Shown here piece after piece: positions 58,548-64,000 of a stretch of 64,000 nt of DNA (position 1 is its first letter; each line of letters starts with the position of its first letter). The DNA lies in contig CP145422.1 in assembly GCA_036867785.1 (NCBI GenBank), forward strand, positions 124,001 through 188,000, written 5' to 3'. A program made the translations under genes and the position numbers. The notes under the pieces are model-generated. The model was not told the DNA's origin. It ran no database searches and worked only from the letters and a program-made list of their open reading frames with translations. The DNA comes from Plasmodiophora brassicae. Lineage: Eukaryota.

Positions 58548-58773
58548 CTGCTACCCCTACATCGGTTCATAAACGGGCGCCTACTGTCCTATGAGACGCT
58601 CCCCAGTCAAGGATCACCACTGGATGGTTGTTCATGTCTTAGTCGGCACACCTAATGACAACGGGTGAACTTGAAACCGGTCATGTTAACCATTTAAAAG
58701 TGTCGACCACTGCAAGAGCGCGATCAACGCAGGTGCAGGTGCGATGAAGAGTGTACACAATAGCAATAGTTCA

Positions 58774-60701
58774 TCACGATAGGGAAAAGTACATGGTCGG
58801 GAGGCGCGACCGCCCGTTAATCTGCAGGTCGAACGTGATCTCGTAGTCGCGTCGCGTGGATGCGAGTCGCGTTGCGCGGAACGACCCGGATAAGACGTCG
58901 CCCGCCGAGACGCCAACGGGCTCGTTGAGCATGAACACGGTCTGGCGCCAGTGCGTGTACGGATCCGAACACGATGTCCCGAGCTGAACCGGCACGTCGC
59001 AATGCGCTTCGAAGTAGACGGAGAAGGCGACGACGAGCGCGTCGAGCGTGTCGTCACGAAGGGCGCGGAACTCGAAGTCGGTGGTGAAGTCGAGGTCGCT
59101 GTCCACGACGGACGACATGCGGATCTCGCGAAGCAGGCACTCGTCCGTGATGACGCAACCGGGGGACAGCATTTCGATGGTGGGGCGTCCGGTCCCTCTT
59201 AACGACTCCAGGCTTCGGCTCGTGTCAGCGATGTCGGTCATGTCGAACCTGGACGAGGCGTGAGAAACGGGCAGCTGAACGCGATCAGCGAACGCGTTAC
59301 CCGTAGAGGTCCTTCCAGAACGACAGGGACCGATCCTGGAACGACGACGTCTCGACACCGCAGATGGACAGTGTAGCACGATCGGGGTACACCATCGTCT
59401 TGTCCACCAGGAAGCGGTCCCGAGCGACAACGACAGTGGACAGCATGGACTCGAACCTAACGAAGCCGTTGAAAATCAGCGGGCGTGGAACGGGCAGGGA
59501 GGTACGGTATCATCATCTTACAGCAAGAAATATCCCATCCATTCGGAGATGATCATGTCCACCTTACAGTCCAGCTCGACGTCCTCGACCTTGCCCTGCC
59601 GCGGCAACGCATTAGTTGACGAGAAATTAGCAATACGTTGAGGCGCTTTCCGACCTGGATCAAAGTGATGACATGGTCATATCCGTTTCGCTTAACGGCG
59701 GCGCGTGCCTTGACAATGATGTCGGCGTTATCGATCCCGATAACGCGTTTGGCTCCGCATCGCGCCGCGAAGAGCGACAGGATTCCAGAGCCACATCCAA
59801 CATCCAGGACGACCTGTTCGGCGCGATTTTCAGATTCCAACTTCGGAATATCAGATGCTTTCGTCACCTTGTCCTTGAACAGGTCCTTGTTCTTCTCGCA
59901 GAACGACATGTAGGCAACCGTTCGCGGGCGATCACGAAGCATCTCCTCATGGATGTCGACGCAGCTATACCCATCAAAATAGGATCTGTCGCGGTCAGCG
60001 ATTTGACGCTATCGAAGCACGTGTCAGGTCGAGCAAGGAATAGAAGCACACGATAGCGCGTACTTGTACGACGGTCTTGACCTTATCGTCGTCCTCCAGA
60101 TCCAGCGCTCTCCGGAACGTCGTCCTCATTTCAGCAATCTACCTCACGTAGTTAGCAGGTGAAGGTGGACAGCGAATTGCTCAGCCACACCTGTGAACGA
60201 AGCTGTGCGTTCTCGGCTTTGAGAGACTCCAGCGACACCAGTTCCGAATCGGAATCACTGGCCTCATCGAAGCAGAACAGCAAAGCATCGTTCTCTACGA
60301 CAGGCGACATGTACTTCTGGTCGTCCCAGAGAGCACGGCCATTATCAGGGACAGATTGCTGGAGAGTCTCGATGATGGCCTGGGGTGTGCAACCATCGCC
60401 AGTGCAGGATCGGATATAATTAATCAATTTGACAGTGCCGTAAAAGTCCAACTCTGCATCAACGATCAGCAAACACGGATAGGAGAGCGGAACCGCGATG
60501 GGGCGTACCGCGTTCACGGCAGAATCCACGAAAGTCAAACCCCGTTTGCTGGTGATCGTACGAGAACACCTCATCAGCACTGGGAAACGACACATCTGGG
60601 AACAGAAGGCTCTTGCACAACTCGTCATTGTCCATCATGATATCATCATCGGATGTGAAACTGTCATCGGACGGGCAGTTATCAGGGGTGGGCGGCATCA
60701 T
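58774..60701 (-). CDS. PRMT3: Protein arginine methyltransferase 3-like
   Basis: DFYGTVKLINYIR, PVVENDALL, EMLRDRPRT, VLDVGCGSGILS, THWRQT; multiple introns. Confidence 0.85.
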
Positions 60702-61006
60702 CGTCAATGTCACGCGGGTTCCCAGTCGTGGGATCAGCGGCGGACTCCGCCACGGACTCCGTGGGCGACCTGTAGGCTGTACCTACTGCACCGCGATGAT
60801 GACGGCGACGAAGTCCGAGGCCATGTTTGTACGCGCGTATGTTCTATTTAAGTCGCCCTTAAGGCATAGAGAAACGATGGTGATGCCTTTTCGAACCTTT
60901 ATGGGCGGCTGACTGGATCCCACCAAGGTGTCTCCGTGGAACGAGCCAGGGCGGTGGCCGGTGGCCCAATCAATTTGCGCGTCACTTGGGGTTTTGCTTC
61001 CGCACG

Positions 61007-62511
61007 ATGGGGATGGGCGATGCGGGCGCCAAGGCGCGTCGCGTGGCGAACTTCCAGGCAGGGCCCGCCCAACTGCCCGTGCCGGTGCTGGGGCAGGCGG
61101 CGCGCGCGATGACGGACGTGACGCCGGACGGCGCCGGCGTGTCCATTGCGGAGCTCGGCCATCGCACGGAACAGTTCGAACGTAACGGGCGGGGGGCTGC
61201 CGTGTCGCGTCCAGAAATACGTCTGACAATTCGTCGCTAGGCATTATGGATCAGACCTGCGCCGACATTCGCCGCCTGCTTCAACTGTTCGTCGGCGGCT
61301 GGCTTACTGACGAATCCGCCCCGGCTGATCTGGCGTAACCCAGGCCCGATACCCATTCGATTCTGTTCATGCCGGGTGGCGGGTCGGCTCAGTTTTCAGC
61401 TGTCCCGTTGAACCTGCTGGGCGCCACGGGCAAGGACACGGCCGATTACATTGTCACCGGGTCCTGGTCGGAGAAAGCGGCCACCGAGGCGAAGAAGTAC
61501 TGCAACGTCAACGTTGTCTACTCGGGCAAGGCGCAGGGCTATACGGACTGTCCCCAGCAAGGGCAGGCGCTGTCGTTCTCGCCCGATCCAGCGTACGTCT
61601 ACTACTGTGCGAACGAGACCGTTAACGGTTGGTTACGACGCCGGGGCCGAATGGGCGGAGCCGATATTCATGGGCCTTGTTATCGCCGCAGGTGTTGAAT
61701 ATCCCGGCGTGCCCGACTGCCCCAACGGCGTTCCACTTGTCGGCGACTTCTCGTCGACGTTCATGTCGAGGCCGTTTGCGGCCGACGATTACGCGAAGTT
61801 CGCCGTCGTCTTTGCTGGTGCCCAGAAGAACGTCGGCCCGCCTGGCATTACCATTGTCATCGTCCAGGTTGGTCGTCGTTTGTGTTCCTGCGTGTCTCCC
61901 ACGGCTGACTCTTCCATCAGAACGACATGATTGGAAAGGCGCTGGGCATTACGCCGTTGATGCTGGACTACCGAACGTTCTCAGCGCATAAGTCTTTGTA
62001 CAACACGCCACCGACGATCAGGTCGCCAGGAGTATTCGCTGCCGCGCCTGCCTGCCGATGTTCTGACACCGATCTGGATCGTCCAGCGTTTACATGGTCG
62101 GCCTCATGATGCAGTGGATCGAATCCATGGGCGGCGTGGACGCCCTGGGCAAGATTAACGACGCCAAAGCGTCGGCGCTGTACGACGCCATCGACGGGTC
62201 GCGCCTGTTCAAGTCGGTCCTGTCACCTGCATCACAGATGGTACCTGGCTTACGATTTCGGTGCCGCCAGATGCTCTGTCTCCAGAAACTGCCGAAGCCG
62301 AATGAATGTCGTCTTCACTATTAATGGCGACTGCAGCGGCGAACTGCTTCGCTCATTCCTATCCGAGGCGGAATCGAACGGCATGGTCGGCCTCGCCGGC
62401 CACAGGTCGGTTGGCGGCGTTCGTGCCTCGTTGTACAACGCCGTCTCGAAGGACAACGTCGACCAGCTCATCCAGTTCATGAAGGACTTTGAATCACGTC
62501 ACCTCCCGTGA
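61007..62511 (+). CDS. PSAT1: Phosphoserine aminotransferase
   Basis: [57 protein letters not shown]. Confidence 0.95.
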
Positions 62512-62786
62512 CGTTCTTCGGTTCCCGTAATATAGCACCGCGTGCCTGTTGTCGTTGATGCTGTAAGCCCGGAAGTCAAACGATCCGCTCTGCAACCTCT
62601 GCACCGCTCTCGTTGCTCCCTGACTGATCAGCTGAGGCGTGGGCGACATCACCCGACCGCATTTGCGAGATTCTTCACAGGTCGCCACCAGATCGTGAAT
62701 CATGCATGGACGTGTGCCAGGGTGGATCGAGGCGCGTCCACATTATCTGTCAGGTTGCGCCTGGCGACGTCGGTCGCCCCTCCTGC

Positions 62787-64000
62787 ATGGACGCCGACGC
62801 CATCGGGAAATCGAAATCGGCCAACAGCGGCCTACCGATCCTGAAGCGCCAGGGGACGTTCGTGCAGAAATCCGGCGGGAAAACGGAACAGTTATCCCTG
62901 GCCGATGTCCCACGTCGCCGCGGCAGTGCCGACGCATCGCCCAGGGCCATCCTGGCCAGCCTGCAGAACCGCCCAATGCCCGAGAAGGCCGACATCGTCA
63001 CCGAAAGCGACGAGGAAGCCGCGCAAGACACATTCGTGATGCCAGCGGCGCCGGTCCGCATGAAGAGCGGCCCGCCCATGCTGAAACGCCAGGGGACCTT
63101 CGTCCAGAAGTCGGGTGGCGCCTCCGAAGAGGTCGACCTGTCGGAGACGCCCAGGCGACGATCGTCCTCTGGCAACGACGAAGAAGCCAAGGCCATCATC
63201 GAGCTGAAGCGCCAACGATCGCATGGCCTTGACGACGCGCAGACCGATCAGCAGCAGCAGCAGCAGCAGCAGATGCAGGACGATATGATTGCCGAGGCCG
63301 ATGAAGAAGAAGAACCAACGGCGGGCGCTGATGCGTTCGAGATGCCGGCGCCGAGCCGCGCCAAGAAAGGGCCGCCCGTCCTGAAACGCCAGGGGACGTT
63401 CGTCCAGAAATCCGGGGGCGGCTCCGAGCAGATCGACCTCACCGAAGCGTCGCCCAGGCGGCGGTCGTCTTCGGGCAGCGACGACGAGACGAAGTCCATC
63501 CAGGAGCTTAAGCGGCAACGATCGCAGGGCCTGGACAAATTGGATGACGTTGTCCAGGAGAGCGACAGTGACGAGGCGGAGGAGGAGCAGGAACAGGTTG
63601 AATTGGTGCGCCCCAGGCCGACGGAGCGGCCTGTGCCGAGGCTGCCGCTCAAGCCAGCACCGATGATGAAGCGTCAGGGAACGTTCATCCAGAAGAAGAA
63701 CGGCGCTGCCGAAGCGATCGAGATCCCGTTGTCGCCGACGCATGCGAGCGACAGCGTCGAGGTCGTCGCCGATATTCGACGCCGTAAGGACAGCAACAAC
63801 AGCGTCGTCGATGCCGTCGAGGAGGCCGATAGCGAAGAAGACAACGATGGACCAGCGGATTCTGCCCAGGAGGTGCCGCCAGCAGGCGCAGCTACTGACG
63901 GTAAGATCGGACATCCGGCAACGATGAACCGAAAGGGGACGTTCTTCCAGTCATCATCGGGAGTCAGTTCTGCGATCTCGCTCTCGATGGACCTGCTCGT
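62787..64000 (+). CDS. Disordered protein with repeated LKRQGTFVQK motifs; runs off the window (may have an upstream exon)
   Basis: Open frame from ATG 62787 to the end; motif at about 62841, 63081, 63381, 63667 and 63925 (NRKGTFFQ); polyQ and acidic linkers. Confidence 0.65.
   Translation, partial: MDADAIGKSKSANSGLPILKRQGTFVQKSGGKTEQLSLADVPRRRGSADASPRAILASLQNRPMPEKADIVTESDEEAAQDTFVMPAAPVRMKSGPPMLKRQGTFVQKSGGASEEVDLSETPRRRSSSGNDEEAKAIIELKRQRSHGLDDAQTDQQQQQQQQMQDDMIAEADEEEEPTAGADAFEMPAPSRAKKGPPVLKRQGTFVQKSGGGSEQIDLTEASPRRRSSSGSDDETKSIQELKRQRSQGLDKLDDVVQESDSDEAEEEQEQVELVRPRPTERPVPRLPLKPAPMMKRQGTFIQKKNGAAEAIEIPLSPTHASDSVEVVADIRRRKDSNNSVVDAVEEADSEEDNDGPADSAQEVPPAGAATDGKIGHPATMNRKGTFFQSSSGVSSAISLSMDLL

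Overview
Gene-dense, GC-rich eukaryotic DNA with many short (~55-70 nt) GT-AG introns. Composition, intron size, a chitin synthase and ankyrin/secreted proteins suggest a plasmodiophorid (Plasmodiophora-like, Rhizaria), but this is inference. Housekeeping genes: EMC10, MON1, WDR5-like, TTC27-like, archease, RtcB, BRK1, MZT1, two PQ-loop transporters, TyrRS, PRMT3, PSAT and three identical tRNA-Phe(GAA). Most notable: (1) an ~11 kb gene fusing a P4-ATPase (flippase)-like module to two class III nucleotidyl-cyclase-like domains separated by three DEP domains, with catalytic motifs degenerate in both enzymes; (2) a plant-type PPR-DYW deaminase with intact Zn ligands, plus a DYW-less paralog; (3) archease and RtcB as adjacent convergent genes; (4) an HPt domain with His replaced by Asp; (5) a microhomology-bounded tandem duplication of an F-box/ankyrin locus with reciprocal damage and a chimeric junction ORF; (6) a BTB-Tubby fusion; (7) two C-rich minisatellites in promoter regions. 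Exon boundaries were read by eye and are approximate.
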